Shown one piece after another: positions 23,801-31,792 of a stretch of 32,000 nucleotides of DNA. Source of the stretch: Candidatus Altimarinota bacterium (GTDB lineage Bacteria > Patescibacteriota > Gracilibacteria > UBA1369). The notes beneath the pieces are model-generated. The model worked only from the letters and a program-made list of their open reading frames with translations, was not told the origin of the DNA and did not search any database. Location: contig JBAZYK010000007.1 of assembly GCA_041659405.1 (NCBI GenBank), positions 57,126-89,125 on the forward strand. The letters run 5' to 3'. Position numbers and translations under genes: made by a program. How positions within the stretch are numbered: position 1 is the stretch's first letter; each line of letters opens with the position of its first letter.

Positions 23801-25411
23801 TGGTGGTGGAATAGGCAGTGCAGGGATCACAAGTGAAGCCTTACATTTGCTAAGATCAATAGGTTGCAGGTTATAGGCAGAAGAAATAGCATCAACTGTG
23901 ATCAAGGTTGGAAGTGCTCCTGTGCTACCTGTGTAATAGGTATCAGTATCATCAACTGGATAACCAAGAGCTTGAGAGAAATTGTCCACATCGGTATATG
24001 GTCGGCCGGAATCTTTAGAAGTTGCGCTATCGGCAAAGAAACCGAATGGATCAAGAGTTAATTTGTTTGGATCCACAACGTTGTTTAGAACAGGAGTGTT
24101 TTGCTGAACGAGTGCGTTTGCCGGGGCAAGATTAGCATTCGCCTTTCCCGGGATTTGCGCAGGGTTTGGGCTTCCGGCTAAAGCCAAGAAATTGTTGGAT
24201 AAAAGATTGTTTTGAAACGGGTTGCCGTTCAAATTTACGTTTGCCGGACTAAATGGGTTTCCTTTGGATTCTTGAGCATTCCAAGTGTAATCAAGATCAA
24301 CTTTTTTGCCGGCTGGAGTGAAAGTCGGTTTTACATTGAAAGTAACCGGTTTTCCAGCAACCCAAGAACTTGGAGTGATGGTAAGGTCAACGCAGGCGAT
24401 GGGTTGGACTACAGGGGCGGGGGTTTTCCAGACTGTTCCAACTACACCGATTCTAAACCAATAGTATTCTTTTCCTTTTGAACTTGGATCCCATTGATCT
24501 TTTACCAGTACGTGAGTTTGTTCAACTCCTGCAACATTTGAAGCTGGAGTTGTACACCATTGACCATCGTAATTTGGCACGCTGTTTGGGACACCATCAT
24601 TGGCGCATAGTGGAGGAACGTTGTTTAAAACGTCTTGTTTGGAAACGGTACTCTTCTTAATTGCTAAATGTCTTATTAAAGCTCTTGAGGTTGTTGTGGC
24701 ACTCCATACTGTTTTAGCTTGATTTCCCAGGCTACTTTTTACAGTCATTTTTACTCCTGTTCCATAAAATCCATGAACTGTTGGTAAACCTGGATTTGTT
24801 CCCCAAAAATGTGGTCTTCCCTTTGAATCATTTGCAAATTTCCATGTAACGACTCCGGTATTTTTATCAAAAGTAATTTTTGTTCCTCCCCAAATATTAA
24901 TGTCTGATTTTGTTACACAACCTGGTGTTTCATAGATTTTATTATTTTGATCAGGTGTTAAACAAACTATTTGATTTAAATCAGTATTTGTTAATGCATC
25001 TTGTTCAAGAATTATCTGCATACTATCCATGTAACCCATGTAGTAAAAATCATCTTCCAAATCGGCATTGTGATAAATGTGAGTATGGATAGCTTGTGGA
25101 ACTTTAATGTTATCGATTCCAGGCTCATTTTTTAACTGATTATCATTATAAACCGGAGGTTGTGGCTTATATTGATTTGGATATTCAATATGGGAATAAC
25201 AAGCAGGGTTGTTGGTTCCTTCCATAAGATTGAACCATTTTGTATCGTATGGACTGGCTACCTGTCCGCTGGGATTATATGGGTATACTCCCAATGAACA
25301 TGCACTATACGATAAGCTGGTATTAACTGCAGCGTTAGCGGTTTGCATGGTGAGTAAAAGCCCTAAGAGAGCTGATATAACTCCAATTTTTCTAAATTTT
25401 ACATTGAACAT
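20891..25411 (-). CDS. Giant secreted Cys-rich modular surface protein (1506 aa), function unknown
   Basis: Sec-type signal peptide MFNVKFRKIGVISALLGLLLTMQTANA/AV. The protein is rich in T/N/P/G. It contains reiterated ~125-aa modules bounded by Cys / Pro-linker / Cys junctions and a PPVPPTPPVPPT linker. It also has a DUF11-like ITKEV...YRLIFTP segment and a C-terminal beta-rich region. No LPXTG motif and no C-terminal TM helix. Confidence 0.85.
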   Translation of the reverse strand: MFNVKFRKIGVISALLGLLLTMQTANAAVNTSLSYSACSLGVYPYNPSGQVASPYDTKWFNLMEGTNNPACYSHIEYPNQYKPQPPVYNDNQLKNEPGIDNIKVPQAIHTHIYHNADLEDDFYYMGYMDSMQIILEQDALTNTDLNQIVCLTPDQNNKIYETPGCVTKSDINIWGGTKITFDKNTGVVTWKFANDSKGRPHFWGTNPGLPTVHGFYGTGVKMTVKSSLGNQAKTVWSATTTSRALIRHLAIKKSTVSKQDVLNNVPPLCANDGVPNSVPNYDGQWCTTPASNVAGVEQTHVLVKDQWDPSSKGKEYYWFRIGVVGTVWKTPAPVVQPIACVDLTITPSSWVAGKPVTFNVKPTFTPAGKKVDLDYTWNAQESKGNPFSPANVNLNGNPFQNNLLSNNFLALAGSPNPAQIPGKANANLAPANALVQQNTPVLNNVVDPNKLTLDPFGFFADSATSKDSGRPYTDVDNFSQALGYPVDDTDTYYTGSTGALPTLITVDAISSAYNLQPIDLSKCKASLVIPALPIPPPKQPSITCKNITVDFTPTPFDATKKTNFTATVNLQDQNGKAVTYTGKVNFNALENGKAKGLFDAGKDGKGVPVNASTVNGTAKVSYTSGGANTTVTIMPTDAKYQVPSCKVVIKPQAKPLPICHSLQIYGNGKQYPDSLSSDDLKNYPLKDLYLVVDKDAGLNLNYDWAGAVNSVKTGQFTAIDALSKKVLGPANPLTVTHDNDKTTFTGVSQTDNTSITVFGYDKNDGFKVNQCADTIQISPPGKPAPNVCTALNLAVNGTPVAQFNNNFVDGQSYILSVSPTNQIAPNPTQIQWSKSGGGYLQAVPGAPNECAAAAPTVASQQPNKSVTFAAPATCQYTYVAATGGTVTAIVIESDPKIPVGDICKANFTVPQAPPQGVCQSMTLVQQPNSNTYCANVTPPTFANQVVWSNGTPTGSACTTANPGEALTANIPGTSCTANVTPLPPVPPTPPVPPTITKEVKGLAALGNVSGFKKTLTIAPLDVYPAGNLVNYRLIFTPGSPNTSAVLLDKIAGNGFNAELRPGLDGNTDGGHISYHNNMKVVENGSQLFECDKNIIEHCYNGDIGSTVGLNLVKVSNQVTITYDGLIDETKINDAGCLLGFCEEKYVNTTEITSAWVDNFNFGQLPITSNEATVQIFCQYILSRASGDIYLETDMNYGININKCSPYKSTTGIIIRTITPPTPVIPKTGEGKTVTINHEVCQGGADNDNAELQNLYAQNGNLSSQVCEIKLNTTTGKNWDKGVITNTMKENIKRIARWDANLDSAEGSNIGKAKGQELKSANDLKDVFGIDGVYRRAKSDLYVGQSGTNKFTQDGEGAKTFIVDGHDLYITNDIIIGGVCNKSYCSPRDTAALAFVVLNGNVYISPNVKEIDAVIFVQGNTVIKTQPKGQLISGSKKGLPGEQSKVQLTVKGSVYGDIQPLLKMRVFSGDPALNEGSVVLRTDARIFINTPPGLQDLVDVKSEITAR
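22434..22465 (-). repeat. 18-bp tandem duplication encoding the PPVPPT PPVPPT linker
   Basis: On the plus strand, GGAGGAACCGGAGG occurs at 22434-22447 and again at 22452-22465 (period 18). This lies inside the 1506-aa gene. Confidence 0.6.
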
Positions 25412-25438
25412 TTTTGTGTTGGGTTAATTTTTATTTTT

Positions 25439-25588
25439 TTATTCATGGGAAATTTCCGTCTGCGCGTTTGTACTTGGTGAAATATTACTAGTACTGTTGT
25501 TTGTGTTTACCAGTAATTTAAAACCAATGATTGCAATGATGACGATTAGCGCAACTAGAAGTAATATTTTATAGTTTATTTTTTTCAT
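25439..25588 (-). CDS. Unannotated 49-aa single-pass membrane micro-protein between the two giant genes
   Basis: My translation from ATG 25588 to TAA 25441-25439 is MKKINYKILLLVALIVIIAIIGFKLLVNTNNSTSNISPSTNAQTEISHE. It has a basic N-terminus, a ~20-aa hydrophobic helix and a polar tail. It starts 17 nt after the 1867-aa stop and ends 27 nt before the 1506-aa start. It is below the ORF-track cut-off. Confidence 0.4.
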   Translation of the reverse strand: MKKINYKILLLVALIVIIAIIGFKLLVNTNNSTSNISPSTNAQTEISHE

Positions 25589-25605
25589 AAATTTATTAAA
25601 TTAGA

Positions 25606-28600
25606 TTATTCGTATTTTTTAGTTGTGTCTACTTTTCCGCTTGGATCTACGCCTTGGGCAACTTGGTTGGTATCTCCGACTATTGGATTATTTGTTGGTA
25701 CTTTTTTACCCGGTGGAATTCCTGTAGGAGGTGGAATTATTTCACCTTTAGGGCCTTCCGGTTTACCGGCTATACCGGCTGCAAAACCAAGTGTTAAAGT
25801 GTTGTGCTGGGTTGTTGAAGATGCTTCTGCTACGCTGGTACCTTGGCCTGCGTATCCTGCAAAGGCGCCGACTTGTTCTGTGCGGATTTCCAAACCTAAT
25901 TTTTCGTTAATCCAGTTGGAATAGTTTGTACATTTTTTGTAAACTCCATCAAATGTTTCAAGTTTCCAAACAAAACGGAAATCGGGATGTTTTGGATCCA
26001 GATATGCTTCCTTGCCTTCTGCTTGAGCTTTACGGATTCCTTCCAGAAGTTTGTAAAGTTCTTGTGCGGCTTTCACTTCATCTGTATTTAAGGCTGTTTT
26101 TTGATTTGCCACTATATCAATAACAATATCTCGGTATTCATCCTTGCTGAAGAGGCCTTGTGTAGCTGGGTTTTCCAATAAACCGGTTATTTGTAGGGTA
26201 AGTGGATTACTTAATAAGTTTTTAATTTTTTCCTGAGAGTTGAAATCTCCTTTGTCTTCAGCCATAGCCTCCATCGGACTAAAAGATTCCATGACGAATT
26301 TGGCCATGTCCGCTTCGATTGTATTTGGGGTTTGTAAAGCCTTGGAATATTCCACTCCACCTAAAAGTTTTTTGTCTTGATCTTCATCTTTGGTATAAAG
26401 TGTTCCTCTAAATCCACGTTCACCTTCGGTACTTGCCATGGATAAGAAACGGTCAACTTCTTTTACGTTAACTGCTCCTGTGTCGCTGTTAATATCAACA
26501 CCCTTAACACGATCTAGAGCGTATGCAGACAAAAGTTCCGGGGCGCTATTAATGCGGCGTGGGTCTTCAGCTTTCGGGTATTTTGCCTGATTTCTTTCCA
26601 CTACATCTTTAAAGCGTTTTTCAGTTGTTTTGCGGGTTCTCTTAAGTTGGTCCAAGAAGGCTGCTTGTCTTGCTTTTGGATCTTTGATCTTATCAAGTTC
26701 AGTGAATGATTCGTCAACCAATAAACCTCTGATAAGGTTCAGTTCGGCAAGATTTGGGTTTGTTCTATTGTGTTTTTCCGCCCAATCTTTATTAATTTTT
26801 GTTGTTAATTCTTTATAATCAGCAGAATCAGTTTCTTTATTACTAAGTCTGCGGTAATCCTTTTTATTTGCCTTTTCGAAGTCTTGCGCAAATTTTACAT
26901 AGTCTTGGTATTTGGATTCGTCAATTTTCCCGATTGTTTGTTTGAATGTATTAATATTTTTTTCAGTTCCTGCAGAATTTTTTCTTGCTTCAAATTTCTT
27001 GAATGAACCATCATCAATCTTAAATCCTGAAGCAGCTGCATCGGTAAGCATACAGTCGGTTGTTTGTGGGTGGAAGCCTGTTTCTGGTTTCCAGCCTTCA
27101 CCTCTTGTTGAAACTAAAACTCTTGGAGCCTGGCGATATATTTCCATTCCGGGAGTATTTGGTTGATCGCTTATTGTAATGATCGACACAAAGCTTGCGC
27201 CCGCTTCTTTTGGAAATGGATATTCAAAGTTGCTTCGTTTAATTGTAAGCGGATTTTCCGGTTTGAAATCTGAAGCAAGGAAAACGCGGCCTCCTTCAAA
27301 GACGATTCCACCTTTTGCCATTGCCGGATCTACAGCAAGTTCAAAATTTCTTTTTTCGTCATGTGGAATTAATAGTTCAAATAATTTTTTGGTTGGATCA
27401 TATTGAACTTTTAATCTAAGAGGTTCGTAAAGTGCATTAAGGCTGACTTCCAGTTTTTGGATAGAATCGATATTTTCAATAGGCGCGGTTTGTAATGGTT
27501 TTGTTGCATCTTTTACAAGAACCATTCTACCTTCTATACCTGCTGCTATATTTCCAGATTTTTCATTTAGGAAAAGAATACGTTTTTCTTCATCATTTCT
27601 GTCTTCTGTTTTTTTATTTAAAATAGAAATGAGTTGTTCTCGATCAATTTCTGATTCCATTTGTTCAGTCGATTTGTCTGATCTGAAATAGGATTTACGG
27701 TCATCGGAAAGTGTGAAATCAGGACTAATTCCAAAGACGAATTTTCCTTCGTTTGTTAGACCGAAACCAAAACTTGCGCCATTAAAGCCGGTTGGGTCGT
27801 AATTTTCCTGAACTGTTTGAACGAGATCTTTTCTTAAATTATTGTAAGCAATAAGGATCTTTTCTTGGTCGTTTAAGGCAGTCCTATCTTGTTGTAAAAT
27901 GGCGCTTCTTAACCGTGGATTTCGCATAATTGCAATTGTTTTTGCCCGTGGATCTGTAATTAGATCAATGTTGGTAAATCCAAATGCTTTCAATCCATCA
28001 TCCAGTGCTTCACGCATTTTGTATTCATGATTTTTCTTGTATCCATATACAACACCAGGTAATAAGCCAAAGTTGGTGGCAACTATGCCGACACTAACTT
28101 TGTGTTTATAGCCTGAGCTGTCTGTTCCAAGGTCTATACCAAGTGCAAGGCCTGCGCCTCCGCCAAGTTTTAAACCTTCTTCACTGACTCCAAAGCCAAG
28201 GCTTGCGCCACCGATGATACTAAAATTAACGTTTCCAATATGGCCAATAGGTGCGGTTTCGTATCCGGCTCCTGTTCCTACAGCAGCACCTACTTCACCT
28301 GTTTTCAATCCAATTCCAAGGCCTGTACCTCCACCAAGGAATAAAGTTCCATATTTGCCGTTTTCGCCCAGTTCAACCGGAAAGTTTAATGCTATGCCTA
28401 AACCAAGAGTCTTTGTATTAGCGTCATATCCTACAACCGGAATTACAGGAATAGCTTTAGAAACTGTTGTTTTAACTTCTTTTTCTAATTCAGCGCCTTT
28501 TAAGCCTTGTTTTATGTAATGTTTTCTTATGGCATTTTCAAAATTTTGACGATCTGCTTCTGGAAATTTGTAATAATTTGTTAAAGCTTCGGCGTATTTC

Positions 28601-31209
28601 TTATTAACATCGGTTTTTCTGAGATCTTCTTTTTGGGCAAGATCTAATACAAGGCCTTTTTGGATCATTTTAAAGATTGCCTGGTTTTCTTGTGGATGGC
28701 CAAGTAATCCAACAAGTTGGTAATCTGGAACTTTAGAAACATCATAAACTCCATCTTGATCTTTTGTAATACCTAAAAGTCCTTGTAATTCTGCTTCTAC
28801 CTGTTGGCGTTCTGTATCGTTAGGGTAGAGGACTCTTAGTCTGGATAGACCGGTTTGTAATAAATTACGGAATTGATTGAAAACAATTGTCTGATCAAGT
28901 TTTCCATTTTTAAGACCTCCGGCCTTTTCAACCATTTCCTTGAATTTAGCATTGGCATAAGAGCCGTTCATGTGCATTAAAGTTTCTTTGGCATCGTATT
29001 TTTTATCGACTTGTTCCAAAACATCGTTCCAACTTCTATCACCAATTTCATCGGGAAATACGTTTTGAATATATTGTCTAAGTTGTAAGTTTTCAGGGCT
29101 ATAATCTGTGATGTGTTCTGGTCTGCTCCTTAAGGCACGGCTTTCTTGTAATGCTCTTTCGTCGAGTTGCATATTTTTCAAGCCAAGGCCCAGTTTCGTG
29201 GTGCCAATAACCAAGTTTTTATAAAAATTTAAAATGTCAGGCCTGGAAGCATATTCTGGTTTGGCGAATGCTCCTTGATAAAACCTGTCAAATTCAGCTT
29301 TGGCATTGTCGTAGTTTATTAAAGGTGTAACCGCATCTCTAAACCATTTTGCGATGGTATTTTTATTACTATTTGGGTCACGATCACCACTGACCAATTC
29401 AGCTTCGTTGAAAGTCTTTTCGTTGGAATAGCCATTTTGACTTACGTATAAGCCTCCACCTGGATAGTTATAGATGACGATTTTTCCTTCATTGTTGATC
29501 TTGGCACGATAGAGATGGTTTTCAAATTCAAAATCGACAACCATAGCTGCGCCTCCTTTTTCTCTGTACTTATCGGATAATTTAGCATTTTCGTATGCTC
29601 CTAATTTTGTCAAAAAGCCCATGGCAAGATGACGGGCAGTTAAAGTATCTCCCTGATATTCTGGATTATGAAAAGGTGAATATTGATCTGAAAATTTTTC
29701 TTCTCCGTTTAATTGATCCATGGCAAACGGAACTTTTTCAGCGGAATAAGAAGGCATTCTAACTCCTGCCTCTTTCATTAAAATATTTACAAGATCAGCT
29801 GTAGTGAAGTTTTCATCTGATCCTTTTGTAATTGTCTTGTTGATTGCTGTTCTAAGTTTGTCTGGATCTTTTTTAAGATGTTCAAAGATCGGTTCATCCA
29901 TGATAATTCCTTTTAGTGCGCGTATTCCGGCAATGGCGCCGTTGGCCCATACTTCAGCCCATTTCTCCTTGTCGTCTAAAGCTTCAACAATTTTTGGGTC
30001 ATTGATCTGGAATGTTGTTTCTCCTTCGCGGAAGTTTGTGGTAAAAAAATATTTTTCACGATCTTGCGCGATTTTTTGATTCTCTCCTTGTCTGCGTGCA
30101 GTGCCTTCTTTTTCTTGTTTATCTTCACGGCCAGGGATATCTTTTTCTTTTGGAATTAAAAGATAGACGGTGTTGTCTGATCTTAAAGCCTTTTCTTTTG
30201 ATAAAAAGGCGAAGTAATCTTCATATTTTAAATTGAGGTCCCTTAGTTTTTGAATTTTAGGATAATTTTTAAAAGCTACTTTTTCATTAGGATTTATAGC
30301 GTCACGTAAAGCTTTTTCAAGAGTTTGACCTATTTCCGGTTTAATTTTGAATTTCCCGACAATTTCGTGATTTTTAAACAATTGATATTCAGCATTATCC
30401 TCGTTTTTTTGATCTACTGTGATTTTTCCTTTTTCAGGAGTTTTTTCTGTTTGTGCAGTGTAAATAATAGTTGTATCAGCAAGCAGTGGAACTTCAGTTC
30501 CGTCTCTTTTAACAAATTTACCGTTTTTATAGGTGAGAAAATAACTTTTGGTCTCAGTAGAAGGTGCTAAAACCTTAATTTTATCACCATCTTTTAATTG
30601 AGTTTTGAGAATTCTTGTAACTTCATCTCTATTTTGATTATTAACAACGATTGGCTTTTCTCTGCTTTTAGTAGTTGTAACCTCAGGTACTTTTTTTCCT
30701 TTTTCGCCTACTGATTCTTGAGTAGGTGGATGTGGTAATTTTGGTACAATTGCAAAACTTTCCCAGGTAAGTGAGCTTTTATCATTTTTTTCAAAACTGA
30801 TCCTCCCGTTTTTTAATATAATTTTACTTACATTTTTTTCACCTAATTCTTTCCAATATTGGTTCAATGTTAATGATGTTCCTTTGTTTTTCCCCTGTTC
30901 TTCAAAGTTGGCTAGTAGATCTTTATAATACGGATCTGCTAAAATAAGAGCATTTTTATAAGCTTTTTTGGCTAAATTACGCAATGTTTCCTCAATTTTT
31001 TTTGGGTCTTTATCAAAATTAACTTCGGCATCACCTGGTGGTATTTTCATAAGCTGTTCAGCCATGCTGTCCAGAATGTCCTTTGGTCCTTCTGGTGCTT
31101 TTTGTTTGCTGGTTTCTTTCCCTTCCTCAAAAACCGCCCTCTTCACCAAGCTTTCGTCCGCTCCGGGGATGCAGTTTTTTAACTGTAGGAATTTGTTGTT
31201 TATTTTCAT
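25606..31209 (-). CDS. Giant hypothetical protein (1867 aa), no signal peptide, Lys/Glu-rich with a central glycine-zipper-like segment
   Basis: Uninterrupted 5.6-kb ORF. The N-terminus MKINNKFLQLKNCIPGADES is not hydrophobic, and there are only 3 Cys. A Gly-rich core spans aa ~922-1057, and the C-terminal tail is Gly/Pro-rich. I could find no Walker A, HExxH, YD/Rhs or RTX motif. Confidence 0.85.
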   Translation of the reverse strand: MKINNKFLQLKNCIPGADESLVKRAVFEEGKETSKQKAPEGPKDILDSMAEQLMKIPPGDAEVNFDKDPKKIEETLRNLAKKAYKNALILADPYYKDLLANFEEQGKNKGTSLTLNQYWKELGEKNVSKIILKNGRISFEKNDKSSLTWESFAIVPKLPHPPTQESVGEKGKKVPEVTTTKSREKPIVVNNQNRDEVTRILKTQLKDGDKIKVLAPSTETKSYFLTYKNGKFVKRDGTEVPLLADTTIIYTAQTEKTPEKGKITVDQKNEDNAEYQLFKNHEIVGKFKIKPEIGQTLEKALRDAINPNEKVAFKNYPKIQKLRDLNLKYEDYFAFLSKEKALRSDNTVYLLIPKEKDIPGREDKQEKEGTARRQGENQKIAQDREKYFFTTNFREGETTFQINDPKIVEALDDKEKWAEVWANGAIAGIRALKGIIMDEPIFEHLKKDPDKLRTAINKTITKGSDENFTTADLVNILMKEAGVRMPSYSAEKVPFAMDQLNGEEKFSDQYSPFHNPEYQGDTLTARHLAMGFLTKLGAYENAKLSDKYREKGGAAMVVDFEFENHLYRAKINNEGKIVIYNYPGGGLYVSQNGYSNEKTFNEAELVSGDRDPNSNKNTIAKWFRDAVTPLINYDNAKAEFDRFYQGAFAKPEYASRPDILNFYKNLVIGTTKLGLGLKNMQLDERALQESRALRSRPEHITDYSPENLQLRQYIQNVFPDEIGDRSWNDVLEQVDKKYDAKETLMHMNGSYANAKFKEMVEKAGGLKNGKLDQTIVFNQFRNLLQTGLSRLRVLYPNDTERQQVEAELQGLLGITKDQDGVYDVSKVPDYQLVGLLGHPQENQAIFKMIQKGLVLDLAQKEDLRKTDVNKKYAEALTNYYKFPEADRQNFENAIRKHYIKQGLKGAELEKEVKTTVSKAIPVIPVVGYDANTKTLGLGIALNFPVELGENGKYGTLFLGGGTGLGIGLKTGEVGAAVGTGAGYETAPIGHIGNVNFSIIGGASLGFGVSEEGLKLGGGAGLALGIDLGTDSSGYKHKVSVGIVATNFGLLPGVVYGYKKNHEYKMREALDDGLKAFGFTNIDLITDPRAKTIAIMRNPRLRSAILQQDRTALNDQEKILIAYNNLRKDLVQTVQENYDPTGFNGASFGFGLTNEGKFVFGISPDFTLSDDRKSYFRSDKSTEQMESEIDREQLISILNKKTEDRNDEEKRILFLNEKSGNIAAGIEGRMVLVKDATKPLQTAPIENIDSIQKLEVSLNALYEPLRLKVQYDPTKKLFELLIPHDEKRNFELAVDPAMAKGGIVFEGGRVFLASDFKPENPLTIKRSNFEYPFPKEAGASFVSIITISDQPNTPGMEIYRQAPRVLVSTRGEGWKPETGFHPQTTDCMLTDAAASGFKIDDGSFKKFEARKNSAGTEKNINTFKQTIGKIDESKYQDYVKFAQDFEKANKKDYRRLSNKETDSADYKELTTKINKDWAEKHNRTNPNLAELNLIRGLLVDESFTELDKIKDPKARQAAFLDQLKRTRKTTEKRFKDVVERNQAKYPKAEDPRRINSAPELLSAYALDRVKGVDINSDTGAVNVKEVDRFLSMASTEGERGFRGTLYTKDEDQDKKLLGGVEYSKALQTPNTIEADMAKFVMESFSPMEAMAEDKGDFNSQEKIKNLLSNPLTLQITGLLENPATQGLFSKDEYRDIVIDIVANQKTALNTDEVKAAQELYKLLEGIRKAQAEGKEAYLDPKHPDFRFVWKLETFDGVYKKCTNYSNWINEKLGLEIRTEQVGAFAGYAGQGTSVAEASSTTQHNTLTLGFAAGIAGKPEGPKGEIIPPPTGIPPGKKVPTNNPIVGDTNQVAQGVDPSGKVDTTKKYE

Positions 31210-31288
31210 AGGTTTGTTTGTTTAATTTTTGTTTATAAGTGTGAGGGAGGGGCTGTGTGCTGCGCTTTGGCTGGCACATGTGCGTTTT

Positions 31289-31792
31289 TTACCTTTTGTT
31301 CTTGTTTATTTCTTCCAGTAAATCTTCCAATTGTTTTTTGGCATCAACGATCTTTTGGGCGCGTTCCATGACGCGTTGATCGTAATAGCTTGAATGTGCT
31401 TCAAAAACGATTGGTTGTGTATAAGGGGTAATGTCGATGCGCTCTTTTTTGCTGTTGTAAAAGCTTAAATGTCCGTCTTCAATGTTTAGTTCTTTACAGC
31501 CTGCATCCGCCATTTTTTCCCAGAAATCTTTAATTCCGACTTCGGGACTTAGTGTTTCTGTTAATGATTTTACGATGGCTTCTTCATACGCACGGCGATT
31601 AAGTTCATCGGTTGGGAAAGTTTTTTCGGCAAGAGCCTGTAAACTTTTGTTCATTTCGCCGGGCAAAAATTTGGCAGTTGCGTTGTATTGTTGCCATTGA
31701 TTTTCTTCCGCAACGCGAGTCTGCGTTCGCTCTCCAAAACTGGATGCTTTAGCGGCTTTTGTGTTTTTTTTGTTCACAGTTGTAGTTGCCAT
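31289..31792 (-). CDS. Hypothetical 167-aa soluble protein, first gene of the giant-protein operon
   Basis: ATG start 44 nt downstream of a strong promoter. It has a basic N-terminus and a C-terminal helical tail (KKQLEDLLEEINKNKR). Residues ~89-122 weakly resemble aa ~117-150 of the 1867-aa protein. Confidence 0.7.
   Translation of the reverse strand: MATTTVNKKNTKAAKASSFGERTQTRVAEENQWQQYNATAKFLPGEMNKSLQALAEKTFPTDELNRRAYEEAIVKSLTETLSPEVGIKDFWEKMADAGCKELNIEDGHLSFYNSKKERIDITPYTQPIVFEAHSSYYDQRVMERAQKIVDAKKQLEDLLEEINKNKR

Noticed and set aside
28214-28519. A 101-aa Pro-rich plus-strand ORF and other antisense ORFs inside the 1867-aa and 1506-aa genes.
   Set aside because: They are antisense to uninterrupted multi-kb ORFs. 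The Pro-rich translation is simply the complement of Gly codons in the glycine-zipper segment.
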